DNA from: Eledone cirrhosa
Taxonomy: Eukaryota
Assembly (NCBI GenBank): GCA_964016885.1
Contig: OZ024741.1
Span: forward strand, 303,986,001 to 304,050,000
DNA: 64,000 nucleotides
Direction: 5' to 3'
Shown here: positions 23,366 to 36,577 of the stretch, piece after piece
Numbering within the stretch: the stretch's first letter is position 1
How the letters are laid out: each line of letters opens with the position of its first letter
Notes under the pieces: model-generated
What the model was told of the DNA's origin: nothing
What the model saw: the letters and a program-made list of their open reading frames with translations, nothing else
Databases searched by the model: none
Translations under genes and position numbers: made by a program

Positions 23366-23720
23366 GCCCACTTATTCCTGTAAAGCTCGTGGAGGCAGAG
23401 TCCTCAAACATTCCCTACAGTGAGTCCTGTCCGAAGCAACCGTCTCTAACTGATCCGGCTGGACCCCCAAGCAAGACCAGCCGAACTCATGGATGTTATC
23501 CAACCTTCTTGCTCGGGGTCTACTCCTGGGTCTTCTCCAGTTGGTTTTGCCCCTAAAATTTATCCAGCGATTCTTTCCTGAGACATTCTAACCAGATTCC
23601 CATAGTACTGGAGCGGTGATCTCTCAATTCGGAGAAGTAGCGGCTCTACCTGGAGCAACTCTCTGATCTCCGGGCTATGCACTCTATCGAATAACGTTAC
23701 TCCAAAGACTTCTTCTAAAG
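23366..23720 (-). pseudogene. RTE LINE 3' fragment
   Basis: VFGVTLFDRVHSPEIRELLQVEPLLLRIERSPLQYYG; same family as 61030-61180 and 61730-61945. Confidence 0.8.
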
Positions 23721-24166
23721 TAACATCACACAAAATACAAGAACGCTGGCACAAATACCCTTAATAACATTAACAACGAAACTGATAACAACAACAACAA
23801 CAACCAAACTACATAAGAAACCGCAAGTTTTAGTCATGCGTAGAGCATAACCTTTAAAAACACTAGGATAATTTTACCACAAACTCAAATGGAAGCCAAT
23901 AAATTCTGTTACGCACAAAATTGAAAAGCATAAAAAAGTGAAACTCACAAAATGCAGAAAATGTTTGTTTCATTTTTTTTTTTTTTTACCTTATCAAATT
24001 TATTTTTTCAACTAGAGACGTCTCCGAACTAATCGGAGCAGAAACGGAACAAAACTGGATGATTCTAACCCGTATGGTAGATGCAGTTTTCTGTTTGGAG
24101 AAACAGGGATTGGTATTATGTAGCCAACATAAGAACTTATTAAAGTGCTTGCCAAACAATGGCATA

Positions 24167-24245
24167 TACAGTGAAATTCCGTTATAACGAAATTCATGAG
24201 GTATAATAGATATTCGTTGTAACGAAAAATTCCTTATAACGAGAT
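24167..24245 (+). mobile_element. Tc1/pogo-type MITE end fragment
   Basis: ta-cagtgaaattccgttataacga start with repeated ttataacga motifs. Confidence 0.45.
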
Positions 24246-24254
24246 GTTATATGT

Positions 24255-26150
24255 GTGTGTTATTATACGTCCGTACTAAGCTAAGAAGAAATGTGTGTGT
24301 ATATGTGAGTAAAAGAGAGTGTGTGCTTGTAAGTACGAAGCTATGAGCAAAAGTATGTTAATATAAGGGTGTGTATGTGTGTATACAGAGCAGTGAAGGG
24401 AAAAGTGGAGTGAGTATATATAGTTGGTATGTATTAGTTGTAAGAGAAGATGTTAATGATCAAGAGAAAGTGATAGGAATCTAGGGGTGCGATAATGGAC
24501 GGTGTATTAGAGAAATTGAGGAGGTGAGTTGAGTCCAAGAGGGGAATAGGACCCAAGGCAGTGAATCAGACTTTGTTCAGTCTTGGTGCGCGAGACCTGA
24601 GATCCATGATGTGAAAGGACACCCAGGACTGAAACATGTAGGGAAGAATGACCAGGAGAACAGAAATGACGGGCAAAAGGAGTATCCAAACTGAGTCGTA
24701 TGTCCCTCAAATGTTCGGCAAAACGGTCCGCCATACGGCGTCCCGTTTGTCCGATATATAAAGACCCGCAAAAGGAACACCGGAGAGCATAGACAACGTG
24801 GGTGGATGTGCAGGTGAAGGAATGGCGGATACGGAAAGACCCGTACTGTAAGAGTGGTAAGGGTGGAAATAAAGGGATAAGTGTTGCAGCGTGAACGGGA
24901 ACAAGGATGAGAGCCGGGTGGGGTCGTGGGAGAGGACGAGAAGGAACTGCGAACCAGGAGGTCGCGGGTTTGCGGGCGCGCTTAAAAGCAGTAATGGGTG
25001 GGTTTGGAAAAAAGCGAGAAGTGACGGGGTCAGAAGAGAGGATGCGAAAGAAACGGTGGATATGTCGCCGGAGTGGTAGGGTTATATGGGGTGGTAGGTG
25101 AGAGGAAAAGGAACACGGGTGTTGTGAGGGCGGGGATGATGTGAGAGGGTTGTGGTGCGGTCTGCTTCACAGGCGCGGGTGAGAGCAACTTGGATCAGGG
25201 TGGAGGGATATCCACGCTGGATGAAGCAGGAAGCCATGCGAAGGGAATGGGTTTCGAAATCGTCGTCCTGGCTACAGAGTCAACGAAGACGGAGGAATTG
25301 GGAATAGAGTATGGAGTTTTTGGTGTGGGTTGGATGGGAGGAGGTAAGATTGGGAGTCTGTTGGTTTAATGTAGATGGAAGTAGAGAGGGTGTGGTGAGA
25401 GTGATTAATAGATAGAGAGGTATCTAGAAAAGCGACAGAAGAATCGGAGACGGAGGCGGTGAAATTGAGAGCAGGATGGAAAGATTGGACAAAAGAAAGA
25501 AAACAGTCGAACTGTTCTCGTGGTAGAGAGGTGGCGCCGATACAGTCGTCGATATAACGACTGTATAGCTCAGGAGTCGGTCCAGCGTACTGGGAGAAGA
25601 TCTGGGGTTCGACGTAGTCAACAAACAAGCTGGCATAGTCTGGACCCATTCTGGTTCCCATCGCTACCCCAGAGACCTGCTGATAAAATTCACCCGAAAA
25701 AGAAAATCCATTTAGGGTGAGAACAAGCTCAGCCAGACGGAGAAGAGTGGTAGTGCTGGGGTAAGGGGTAGGGTGTAAATCTAAAAATTGCTGGAGAGCG
25801 CGGGGGCCGTCATCATGAGGGATGGCGGTATAGAGAGAGGTGATGTCCAGGGTAAAGAGAAGGCGGGAGGGACCAGGAGGGAAGGAGAAATAGTTGAAGA
25901 GTCTAAGGGCATGATTTGTATCGTGGATGTGGGAAGGGTGATTGCCGACCAACGGGGCGAGGATGGTGTCTAAATATTCAGAAATGATCTCGGTGGATCA
26001 GTTGCACGCAGAAACGATAGGACGGCCGGGATTATTTTGTTTGTGTATTTTGGGGAGGAAGTAGATGGTGGGTGTGCGAGGGGTGCGTACAATAAGGTTG
26101 GTTGCTGTGGGAGGTATGAGGGAGGAGAAGATGAACTCTTGGATGGTAAA
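24255..26150 (-). pseudogene. Decayed Penelope-like element, second family (RT plus GIY-YIG)
   Basis: FTLDITSLYT, GVAMGTRMGP, RYIDDC, VAFLD; EN remnant DRFAEHLRDI...ARHF...PLGLN. Frameshifted. Confidence 0.9.
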
Positions 26151-26151
26151 G

Positions 26152-26227
26152 GTTCGTACTTACATGCACACACACTCTTTTACTCACATATACACACACA
26201 TTTCTTCTTATCTTCGTACGGACGTAT

Positions 26228-26292
<65 letters not shown>

Positions 26293-27395
26293 CTTACGCA
26301 CGTGCACAAGTATAGTTCTTTTTACAAAGCGGTTTTTTTTTCCATTTCAGGTAGATGCGCTCCATCATCCACTTTTCTAAAAAATAAATCATACACAAAA
26401 CGCCGGCACCAACAGATTTGCAAAAGATGTCAACATGAATGGACCATGTTATTTTTATCTAAAGACATTTTTTTCCAATTCCATCCCGCCCGTCCCCTCA
26501 ATCTATCTTGTTTCTCATTCTTTCTTCTGATGAAGGACTTGCGTCCGAAACGTTAAGACCCTCTTCCTGCTATATCAAGCGTTAACCTAATATATCCGTT
26601 CCATATATTGTACCGATTGTGTTGTTATTTCTGTTTACCTTTTACATATATATATATATATATATATATATCAACGCTTACGTGAACCTCTCAAAATTCA
26701 TTGGATTTTCTAATTGAATTTTCACCCCGTAACTGGATACCAACCCGGTGTACACCTGAACTTCCACCAGGAAATCTTTCGTATCATTAAAATTTTCTTT
26801 GTTTCTTGCATTTAAATATTCCACGACTCTCTACCACTTTTCCTCTACTACAATCTTCTTACACCTTCTTCTTCTTCTCACCCGTCTATTTTTCACTCCC
26901 ACCCTAGTACCTTCAATATGCCCAATCTCAAATCTTTTCTCCGGCAGCTCCATTCTACTCTCAAGCGCTTCCTCCAACCTCTCCCCCCCCCCCTATATAT
27001 ATCCAATCTTCCCTGCATCTCTCCAACTTCATCTTCACCAAAACACGATACAATAGTCACATCACATTTTTAAGTCGCTGTCTCCACCACCACCTCATTC
27101 CCTGCGGTTTCCGCTTCAAGTTTCACCCCACCTCTTACTCTGCTCCCACTACTGAACCCATCCTTAGCTGCGCCCCTCGCCAGCTCATGCGGTTGACCAT
27201 TCGATCAACTCTCGCCCAAATCCGTTCTCTCCACCGAGATCTCCCCAAGGCCTACCTCCATCTCTCCTCCACTTGCCACCCTTTCCTCGCCTAATCCTTT
27301 ATTCACTTCATCCGTTACCTCGATCGCCTCCTCTACAATTAATTTCTTCACTTCCGTAAAATACCACAAACTCAACTCTCTCTGCTCCATGCCAT
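26152..27395 (+). mobile_element. Inverted pseudo-LTR plus 5' ORF remnant of the second PLE family
   Basis: 26152-26235 is the reverse complement of 24255-24340; hammerhead at 26523; N-terminal PLE-like motif SHITFLSRCLHHHLIPCGFR near 27055. Confidence 0.75.
26523..26558 (+). ncRNA. Minimal hammerhead ribozyme
   Basis: tctt-CTGATGA-aggac(ttgc)gtcc-GAAA-cg-tt-aaga. Confidence 0.85.
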
Positions 27396-27398
27396 ATA

Positions 27399-27463
<65 letters not shown>

Positions 27464-27467
<4 letters not shown>

Positions 27468-28796
27468 AACAAAAGATGGTTAAAAGAGTTCCATTATTTT
27501 ATTATGCGCATTTCAAAAACAAATATCATCATGCAATAATATTTGTGTTTTCATCAGATAAAACAGGAAGACATGATATGAAGGTTAAAAAACACTTGTG
27601 GATAGTGCAGTTTTAAATCAACATATGAAAAGTAGTTTTAGATTGATGTGTGATATTGGGAAAAATATTTTATTTAGAGGGGGGGGGGGGGGGGGAGGAT
27701 GAAAAATAGGAGGAGATGAGAGTAAAAAGTGGAGAGGGAGGAGTATAATGAGGAAGGATGAGATAGGAGGAGAGATGGGTGATAGAGAGAGAGAGAGAGC
27801 TTTTATAACTGAGAAAGATATTGTTTTACATAGAGAGGTTGAAAACCGTTGGAAGATAATGTATAAATTAAAAGAATTTGAAAATTAACGAAGAGAAAAA
27901 TAATGTAAAGTTAAGGTTTGTATATTGAGGGGTTTAATAATATGTGCGATGAAAAAAAAATGTTAATATGTATTAAGAATAATATTTAAGGGTTTAATAA
28001 CATGTACGATGGAAAAAAAATTTAATATGTATTAAGAATGATATTTAAAGGTTTAATAATATGTGCGATGGAAAGAAAATGTTGATATATATTATTAAAA
28101 AGAACAACAGGTAATTTAAGTAAGGATATATTGTGAGATGAGCATGAATGAGTTAGATGAAAGGGAGAAAAAAGAATAATGAATTGAGGATGAATAATCT
28201 AACGTCAAAAAAAAGTTTATGTTTACGAAGGATTTTTACAAGGTGATATAGAGTAAGAATGTATTGTATTATGTAATAATTGATTCTATGTTAGGCAACA
28301 GTGAGAAAAGGTACAGATTAGGGGTTAGACATTAAAAGAAAAAGAGAAGAAAGGGAAGTGATAAATAGGAGCGATATAGAATGAGTAACAAGTATTATAG
28401 AATGTATAATAACCTTTGAAATAAGGTAGAAAGATGGGTATATTTTTAAAGAGGTGTATATATATATATGTGCCTTTGAGAAAAAGATTCTAAATTGATA
28501 AAGATTTGGATATTAGCTGTATACTTTGTGGAATGTTTTGTGGAATTTATGCAAGCAGATAGAAAACAAGTCAGTGTGTCTATTTATTATAGAATCTAAA
28601 TTAGATATAATGGTAAATTTTTCATTTAGACAGAGATTGCAAATTTTGGATAGAGAACTGTTCAAGTATGAAGACGCAGAAGAAACCTTCTTCCAAAAGA
28701 TGCTATATTTAATATTTTTGTCTTTCAAGGACCATATGAGTTCTGAGAGAGCCGTGTTGGTTCTTTTAAGTTTTAACCATCTTTTGTTCTTATATA
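27464..28796 (-). mobile_element. PLE 3' fragment, third family (endonuclease C-terminus plus long 3' UTR) with short inverted terminal copy
   Basis: TALSELIWSLK...W...CNLCLNEKFTI...CLH at 28513-28770; 27464-27485 is inverted at 28771-28796. Confidence 0.75.
27497..27563 (-). ncRNA. Hammerhead ribozyme with extended stem II
   Basis: ttat-CTGATGA-aaacacaaatatta..tgatatttgttttt-GAAA-tgcgca-ta-ataa. Confidence 0.8.
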
Positions 28797-28883
28797 TTAT
28801 GTATACTCCAGTCCTACAAACTGTAGAGTGCTTCTTATCCGATATCTGCACTGCTTTATTGTACTACAATAAAACTCACCTCC

Positions 28884-29290
<407 letters not shown>

Positions 29291-29291
29291 G

Positions 29292-29350
<59 letters not shown>

Positions 29351-29924
29351 AAACATGATTTACTACAACGGCACTATATCAAGGTTTTTTTGCTTAGTTG
29401 CCATGTTTATTCTGTGTACTTCTTTTCAAAATTGTATTGGCGCCATTGTAGTGATTGGCCTTAATAATTATATATCTTATATATAATGATTGGATGACTG
29501 CGTGACTTTGCCGGCGGTATTTTTTTCTGAACACGTTATTAAAATAAGTTGGATTACTTTGAATAAATCATGAATGAATATTATGTAATTTATCTGCTAA
29601 ATTTCGTAGCTGTTGATTAAACATTACTGATGGTGTCACAGGTGTGTGACGAAAGAACTCTGAGAAGCTATATTTATATCTATATTTTTAACTGTTTGTC
29701 AATCAATGATAAACATTGATTGCCAGCTGCATTAATTATAGAAATATAAAATAAACTAAAGCAAAAACCAACCCAAACCAAACAGTGAGTGTGTTTTACT
29801 ATATTTTTCTGGCAATATTATAATAACATGACCCTCCCCAAATATAACAATATTTGTTTCTACATACGATTTCATACCATAAACCTTTCAAAACAAATTC
29901 ATATGTATATATATATGTGTGTGT

Positions 29925-29966
<42 letters not shown>

Positions 29967-30228
29967 ATATGCATATATATATATCATATATTGAGTTATA
30001 AACTCAAAATACTTTTACAATTAAATAGCTCAAAGAAGGGAATATTTCCGAGCCATGTAATACAAATGAATATATGAGAGGGATAAACACCGATACAAGT
30101 ATACATGTTTTCCAATTGCAAAGGACCAAGTTAGCTAGGTTGAAAAATACTAATTTAAAATAATATGGTTTGCCTGTCTCGATTTAAAGTAATAAATAAA
30201 TAAAAATAACAAACCTATATATATATAT

Positions 30229-30689
30229 ATCTGAGTTTTTCGAATATTAATAATTTTTTCTACGTTTGGCACAAGGCCAGCAATTATCCCAGTGCATTAC
30301 TGGTACTTTATTTTATCGACCCCGTAAGGATGAAAAGCAAAGTTAACCTCGGCGGGATTTGAACTCAGAATGGCAAGGGCCGTAACTCTATGCGTCAATG
30401 CATGGCGTCCGACCCTCTACCGATATTGCCAATCCAACATTCGAATATTAATAATAACATTCGATTCGTTTGCAATTATGCAAACGAGCCTCAATTTTAT
30501 AGCCATGTCAGTAGAATGAACCCTTCATTCTTACTCTTGTATTGGCATGTGAACAGAACTGCCAGAAGAGCAAGAATGAAGGGTTCATTCTAAAGCCAGA
30601 CCTCACACGAGCATGGCTATAAAATTGAGGCTTGTTTGCATAATTGCAAATGAATCGAATGTTATTATTAATATTCGAAACACTCAGAT
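30229..30689. repeat. Fold-back element whose left arm is interrupted by a SINE
   Basis: 30440-30508 mirrors 30612-30680; inner arms agaatgaacccttcattctt / aagaatgaagggttcattct. Confidence 0.8.
30256..30439 (-). mobile_element. Full-length tRNA-derived SINE with 16-bp TSD
   Basis: A box and B box on the minus strand; TSD ttcgaatattaataat at 30239-30254 and 30440-30455. Confidence 0.85.
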
Positions 30690-30728
30690 TACATTTATTC
30701 AGCCATGTAGAGCGAAAATTTTTTTTTT

Positions 30729-30777
<49 letters not shown>

Positions 30778-30856
30778 CACCACCCCACTCTCAAGAGCGT
30801 GAAACTAATAAACCTTTGTTCGTACTGCCTCTCTGTTTTATTCCCGTTCAATTTTT

Positions 30857-30890
<34 letters not shown>

Positions 30891-30970
30891 CAAAGGAATT
30901 GTGGTAAGGAACCAGATGGACCATAACGCACCAGAGTACTCAATACTTAGGGTAGCAGAGTGGGAAATAG

Positions 30971-31078
30971 GAAAAAGTATGACCCCGACGGCAGAGCTCA
31001 AGCCGTTTCGACGGCTATTTCAGTCCAGAAATAGCCGTCGAAACGGCTTGAGCTCTGCCGTCGGTGTCATACTTTTTC
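30971..31078. repeat. Near-perfect 108-bp hairpin containing the 3' half of a hammerhead motif
   Basis: About 50-bp arms; gtc-GAAA-cggc-tt-gagctc. Confidence 0.85.
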
Positions 31079-31718
31079 ATATATATATATATATATAGTA
31101 ATAATAATAAATTTGAAGACTAAAATCCAAAGAGGACTCGATAAGGATAAATATATATCAAATATATAAGAACCGTAGAGCAAATATTTATTAAAATAAC
31201 AGATTAAAGTTTAAGCAAAGAATCGCTGCTTTCACCCTTAACGGGATCTTTATTTTAATATATATATATATCACTCTTTCTCCCTCTATCTGACTTTTTT
31301 TGTATCTCATTGTCTTATTTGCACAACCTATTACAAGGGAGGCTACTCGTCCTCCTCACTATTAAAATTAAAATGTTCCGGGGTTTTTTAGTTATTTTTT
31401 TATTACCATTCTAATCCGACAAGAGTTGCTTCCTTTTAGTATAAAAAATTCAGTTTGCGTATGTTTATGTTTGTGTTTATGTGCGTGTGTCTGTGTGTGT
31501 GTATGCACGTGTGTGTACGTGCACGCGTGTGTGCGTATGTGTATGTGCGCGTGTGTATGTGTAGACGGGCGTGTGTATGTGTGTGTATGCATATGTGTAT
31601 GAGTGCCAGTGTGAATTAACTATATGGGACAGAGATTGGAAAAATCTGAAAAATTGAGAACTATGCGTATGTGTGAATGTATGTGAATATGTGTGCGTGT
31701 TTGTGGATGTGCGTGAGA

Positions 31719-31750
<32 letters not shown>

Positions 31751-32199
31751 ATGGTAGTATGTGTGTGTGCGCGCGTGTGTATGGTAGTATGTGTGTGTGT
31801 GTGTAAGCATGAATATCAACAACCTATACTGTATCTACCTCAATCAGTCTGGACACTGTGGGATAATGCCAAATCATTGTATGTATGATTGGACCCATAA
31901 CTCCAGAGGGAGTCATAGGGGCGCCATATTGACATATGGCGTTTCTAGGACATTTTTAAACCTGGCGGAGCCTATCTCCTCTCCAGCCCTGAGTACATGA
32001 GATTTCTTTCAGAGAAGGACATATAGTAAGAGAAAGGAAGTGAGGAAAAAATAGAGAAGGAGAATCGACCCCATAAAAAATAATTCATTCTGAGTAAATA
32101 TGCAAATTTGCAGAATTATTTGAAAAGAAAAAAGAAGCATCTTTTACAAGATAATTTTTTTTTAAAGTGTTAAGAATAAAAGAAAATTAATTGTTGCTA

Positions 32200-32953
32200 C
32201 TACCAGAGGCAAATAGTAATGCCTTCTGTTTTATTGCAAGAAACGTAAAGAACAAAACAAAATATATTATACATCAAAATGAAGCTATACATCAGAGGAT
32301 CACTGTCCTACTTCTCAACATAGTCAGCACCTCTTCCGATAGCATCAGTCCACCTTTGAATGAGGGCATCTATCCCAGCTTCGTAAAACTCTGCTGGCTG
32401 CTCACAACGCCATTTCTTGACAGCAGTTTTCACTTCCTCATCATTTCCATAATGGTTGCCTCTCAATGCTTCTTTCATGGGACTGAAGAGGTGGTAGTCT
32501 GATGGTGCCAAATCAGGTGAGTATGGAGGGTGCAGCAGAGTTGTCCACCCAAATGAGGTAATTTCCTCATTTGTTCTGATGCTCGTGTGAGGCCTGGCAT
32601 TGTCATGTTGAAGAATAACTTTATTCATCTCCAAGTCTGGTCTAACTCATTGAATTCTTGCTTTTAGTCTTTTTAGTGTCTCAATATATGTGTCAGAGTT
32701 AATCGTTTCTCCTCTTGGCAAGAAATCAATAAGAATCCATCCTTGAGTATCCCAAAAGACAGTCGCCATGATTTTTCCAGCTGAATTTTGTGCCTTGAAC
32801 TTTTGGATTTTTGGAGACGTCTGGTGATGTCATTCCATTGATTACCTTTTTGACTCGGGTTCATAATAATGAATCCAAGTTTCATCACCTGTAATAAACC
32901 TTTTAAAGAATGTGTTGTCTCTTTGACTGAATTCAAGGAGTTCAGTACGCCAG
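32200..32953 (-). pseudogene. Mariner (DD34D) transposase 3' part with TIR remnant
   Basis: LQHDNARPH, HPPYSPDLAPSDYHLF; frameshifted upstream part; truncated by a fold-back element. Confidence 0.9.
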
Positions 32954-33272
32954 TTATTTATAAGGCTGTAATACATATTTCAATGTCGACAGTGGCCACG
33001 CGATTCCGCCTAACCAGTACCATGATCTCATCAGACAGCTTCTAACATAATAAGGTTACGTTCTCGAGGCAATCCAAATTAAAACGACAAGGGAACGGAC
33101 AAAGATGATGTTTCTGAAGCCTTCACCCGTTCCTTTGTCGTTCTAATTTGGATTGCCTCGAGAATGTAACCTTATTATGTAAGAAGCTGTGTGATGAGAT
33201 CATGGCACTGGTTAGGTGGAATCATGTGGCCACTGTCGACATTGATATATGTATCATCACCTTATCAATAAA
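32954..33272. repeat. Fold-back element with about 145-bp arms
   Basis: 32954-33097 mirrors 33126-33272. Confidence 0.85.
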
Positions 33273-33394
33273 GGACTTAGACATCCGAAACTACTTCGCA
33301 TTTTCCTATTATATATATATATATATATATAATATATATATATATAATATATATATATATACTCTATCTACCACACAGTTCTTCTCTCACTCTT

Positions 33395-33455
<61 letters not shown>

Positions 33456-33476
33456 TACATATAAATATATATATAT

Positions 33477-34290
33477 ATGAATAAAATTAGTCCTTCATCA
33501 GTGATCTTCCAGCCTTCATTGGTATTTCTTCGCTTTAAAGATCATATACCTCTGGTTGGTGCGAGCAATAACTAAAGAAAGTTATTGGGACACGTAAAAT
33601 AAGGTGAAGCGAGTGAGACATGTAAACAAACAAAGATGGTAATGCAACGGAAAGATAGGAAGAGGGGAAAACAAGTCCGTGATATCTGTGAACTTAAGTT
33701 CTGTGAAATCATAGACGAGGAGAGATACAGACGATCCGATGAAGGACTAATTTTATTCATATGTAACCCATGTGCAACCACGCAGCACGCCATTTTTCAT
33801 ATTTTTATATTTTTTCCTCCGCTGCCTGTTTCTTTCTTACTGCTTCCCCTTTCTCTGTATCTCTCTCTCTCTCCGCTGGCCTCTTCCTCACACTTTCACT
33901 CACTCACTCTCTGCTTCTACCCTCTCTCACTTCCTCCCGTTTGACCTGTGTGAAATCCTTTTCTCGCTCACATCTCACACAGGTCGGATCGTCTGTATCT
34001 CTCCTCGTCTATGATTTCACAGAACTTAAGTTCACAGATATCACGGACTTGTTTTCCCCTCTTCCTATCTTTCCGTTGCAATACCATCTTTGTTTGTTTA
34101 CATGTCTCGCTCGCTTCACCCTATTTTACGTGTCCCAATAACTTTTTTTAGTTATTGCTCGCACCAACCAGAGGTATATGATCTTTAAAGCGAAGAAATA
34201 CCAATGAAGGCTGGAAGATCACTGATGAAGGACTAATTTTATTCATATGTAACCCATGTGCAACCACGCAGCACACCATTTTTCATATAT
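33477..34290. repeat. Fold-back element with about 260-bp arms and a duplicated tail
   Basis: 33477-33739 mirrors 33984-34246; 33738-33801 is directly repeated at 34224-34288; truncated CTGATGAaggac hammerhead half. Confidence 0.88.
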
Positions 34291-34389
34291 ATATATACTC
34301 TGTCTATCACATACTGCCCCCCCTCTCTCTCTCTCTCCCAGACACACACACATATCACACATACATATATACATACATACATGTATATG

Positions 34390-34450
<61 letters not shown>

Positions 34451-34460
<10 letters not shown>

Positions 34461-34864
34461 CGTAAAATAAGAAAATTATAAAATTAACTTACTTACTAAA
34501 AAATCATTTCCAACTAATTAGTTTCTGGAATGGAGTAAATATATTTTCCGAAGAAACATATGGAAAATCATTCCGTCATCAGGAAAGTCTTTTTCCGTAT
34601 AGGTCTCCAGGCATAGCGAGGACACTGGAAACTTATTAAAAAAATAATTCAGTGGAATGGAACTGAATTATTTTTTTAATAAGTTTCCAGTGTCCTCGCT
34701 ATGCCTGGAGACCTATACGGAAAAAGACTTTCCTGATGACGGAATGATTTTCTATATGTTTCTTCGGAAAATATATTTACTCCATTCCAGAAACTAATTA
34801 GTTGGAAGTGATTTTTTAGTAAGTAAGTTAATTTTATAATTTTCTTATTTTACGTCTCTCATAT
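34451..34864. repeat. Near-perfect palindrome with about 200-bp arms and two hammerheads, next to (TA)n
   Basis: Arms mirror around aattcagtggaatggaactgaatt. Confidence 0.92.
34729..34807 (+). ncRNA. Hammerhead ribozyme with long stem II (mirror copy at 34508-34586, minus)
   Basis: tttc-CTGATGA-cggaatg...cattcca-GAAA-ctaattag-tt-ggaa. Confidence 0.8.
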
Positions 34865-34975
34865 TATTGTTCTGCAACCCCATGCATTGAACCACATTGT
34901 TAATAAGACAAAACCTATATATTTGCTAGCATTGATATGCATCTGTGTGTATATAGATGTTACTAGATATAAATT

Positions 34976-35019
<44 letters not shown>

Positions 35020-35025
<6 letters not shown>

Positions 35026-35735
35026 ATAAAATTAATGTAAGCAAAATGCCAACAATAATTGAGGCATATAAGTGACTATACCATCAAGTTGAAAAATATT
35101 TAATGTAAGATGAGGGGAAAAGTAATACAATCTTAATTCAAAACAAATCAAGAAAAAAAACTTTGTCATCAAACTTTGTGTAAGTTGGGGAAAAAAAGAA
35201 ATACAATCTTAATTCAAAATAAAATCAAGAAGTAACACTTAACCGTCAATTTGGGGAAAACTACAAATACGCTATATAGTCTTAAAAGACCATTTCACGA
35301 AACTTTTCAGTGGTGATTAGTCACGGTTGGAGTCGATCTTCAGTAGTGCTCAAAACATTAACTAAATCCGAGGGGAAAAAAATAATAATCCACTGGGAGT
35401 TAAAAGCAGGCAAGCGACAGCGTGTAGAAATGAAATAACAAAACACACGTGAACACAAGCTAGTGATGGCGGGATGAGACGAAAAGGCTGTTTACAAGAA
35501 ACAACAGTCAAAACATTCCGAAAAAGATCAACAAAAATATGGAGTTCAGCATAAGCAATATTATCGCAGTTTAAAAAAAAAAAAAACTGGGATTAGTCAC
35601 AAATATTAGTAGCACTCTAGGAAAACACCGAGTATAAATATATAAATAAAAATAAAATTAATGTAAGCAAAATGCCAACAATAATTCAGGACTATACCAT
35701 CAAGATGAAAAAAATGTTTAATGTAAGATGAGGGA
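35020..35735 (-). mobile_element. Non-coding element with about 90-bp terminal direct repeats and an internal hammerhead (pLTR- or retrozyme-like)
   Basis: 35023-35116 repeated at 35648-35734; homolog of the end at about 55810-55940 in the opposite orientation. Confidence 0.65.
35269..35349 (-). ncRNA. Hammerhead ribozyme with stable stem III
   Basis: gcacta-CTGAAGA-tcga...ttcgt-GAAA-tggtct(ttta)agacta-ta-tagcgt. Confidence 0.7.
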
Positions 35736-35745
35736 ACGCTCTCTC

Positions 35746-35814
<69 letters not shown>

Positions 35815-35815
35815 A

Positions 35816-35846
<31 letters not shown>

Positions 35847-36164
35847 TACATATATATATACTCTGTATATATACTCTGTTTACCACACACACACATCATG
35901 CATCATACAGTGAGCTGATAAACTGAAATGCAGCTGAAATGAATCTCCGTCGGTTTCCACTATGAATGTTCCAGTGGTTCAATCATCGGAACAACGTGTT
36001 TGGGAAATACTGTGCAGGTGACTGAGCATTCCACAGACACGTGTCAACACTGGTCAACTGCCATCCCATCATCCATGAAGTTAGTTAAACTAATTATGAA
36101 CATCAACAGTAAGGTTGGTGGAATCTCCATTAGAGAAGAGTTCTGCAATATTAGATACAAACAC

Positions 36165-36182
36165 AGCTGCTGCTGGTGCTAC

Positions 36183-36214
<32 letters not shown>

Positions 36215-36232
36215 TTGCTGCTGCTGGTGATA

Positions 36233-36274
<42 letters not shown>

Positions 36275-36374
36275 CTGGTGATACTTCTGTTGTTGCTGCT
36301 TCTGTTGCTGCTGCTGTTGCTGCTACTGTTGTTGCTGCTGCTGTTGCTGCTACTGTTGCTGCTGCTGATGCTAC

Positions 36375-36406
<32 letters not shown>

Positions 36407-36425
36407 TTGCTGCTGCTGGTGCTAC

Positions 36426-36472
<47 letters not shown>

Positions 36473-36524
36473 CTACTGTTGTTGTTGCTGCTGCTGTTGC
36501 TGCTGCTGATGCTACTGTTGTTGT

Positions 36525-36577
<53 letters not shown>

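Noticed and set aside
22802-23423. Poly-E, poly-S, poly-R and poly-F ORFs
   Set aside because: Translations of the (GAA)n tract.
33490-33506. Functional hammerhead at CTGATGAaggac (also at 34222)
   Set aside because: No closing stem II strand or GAAA follows; truncated.
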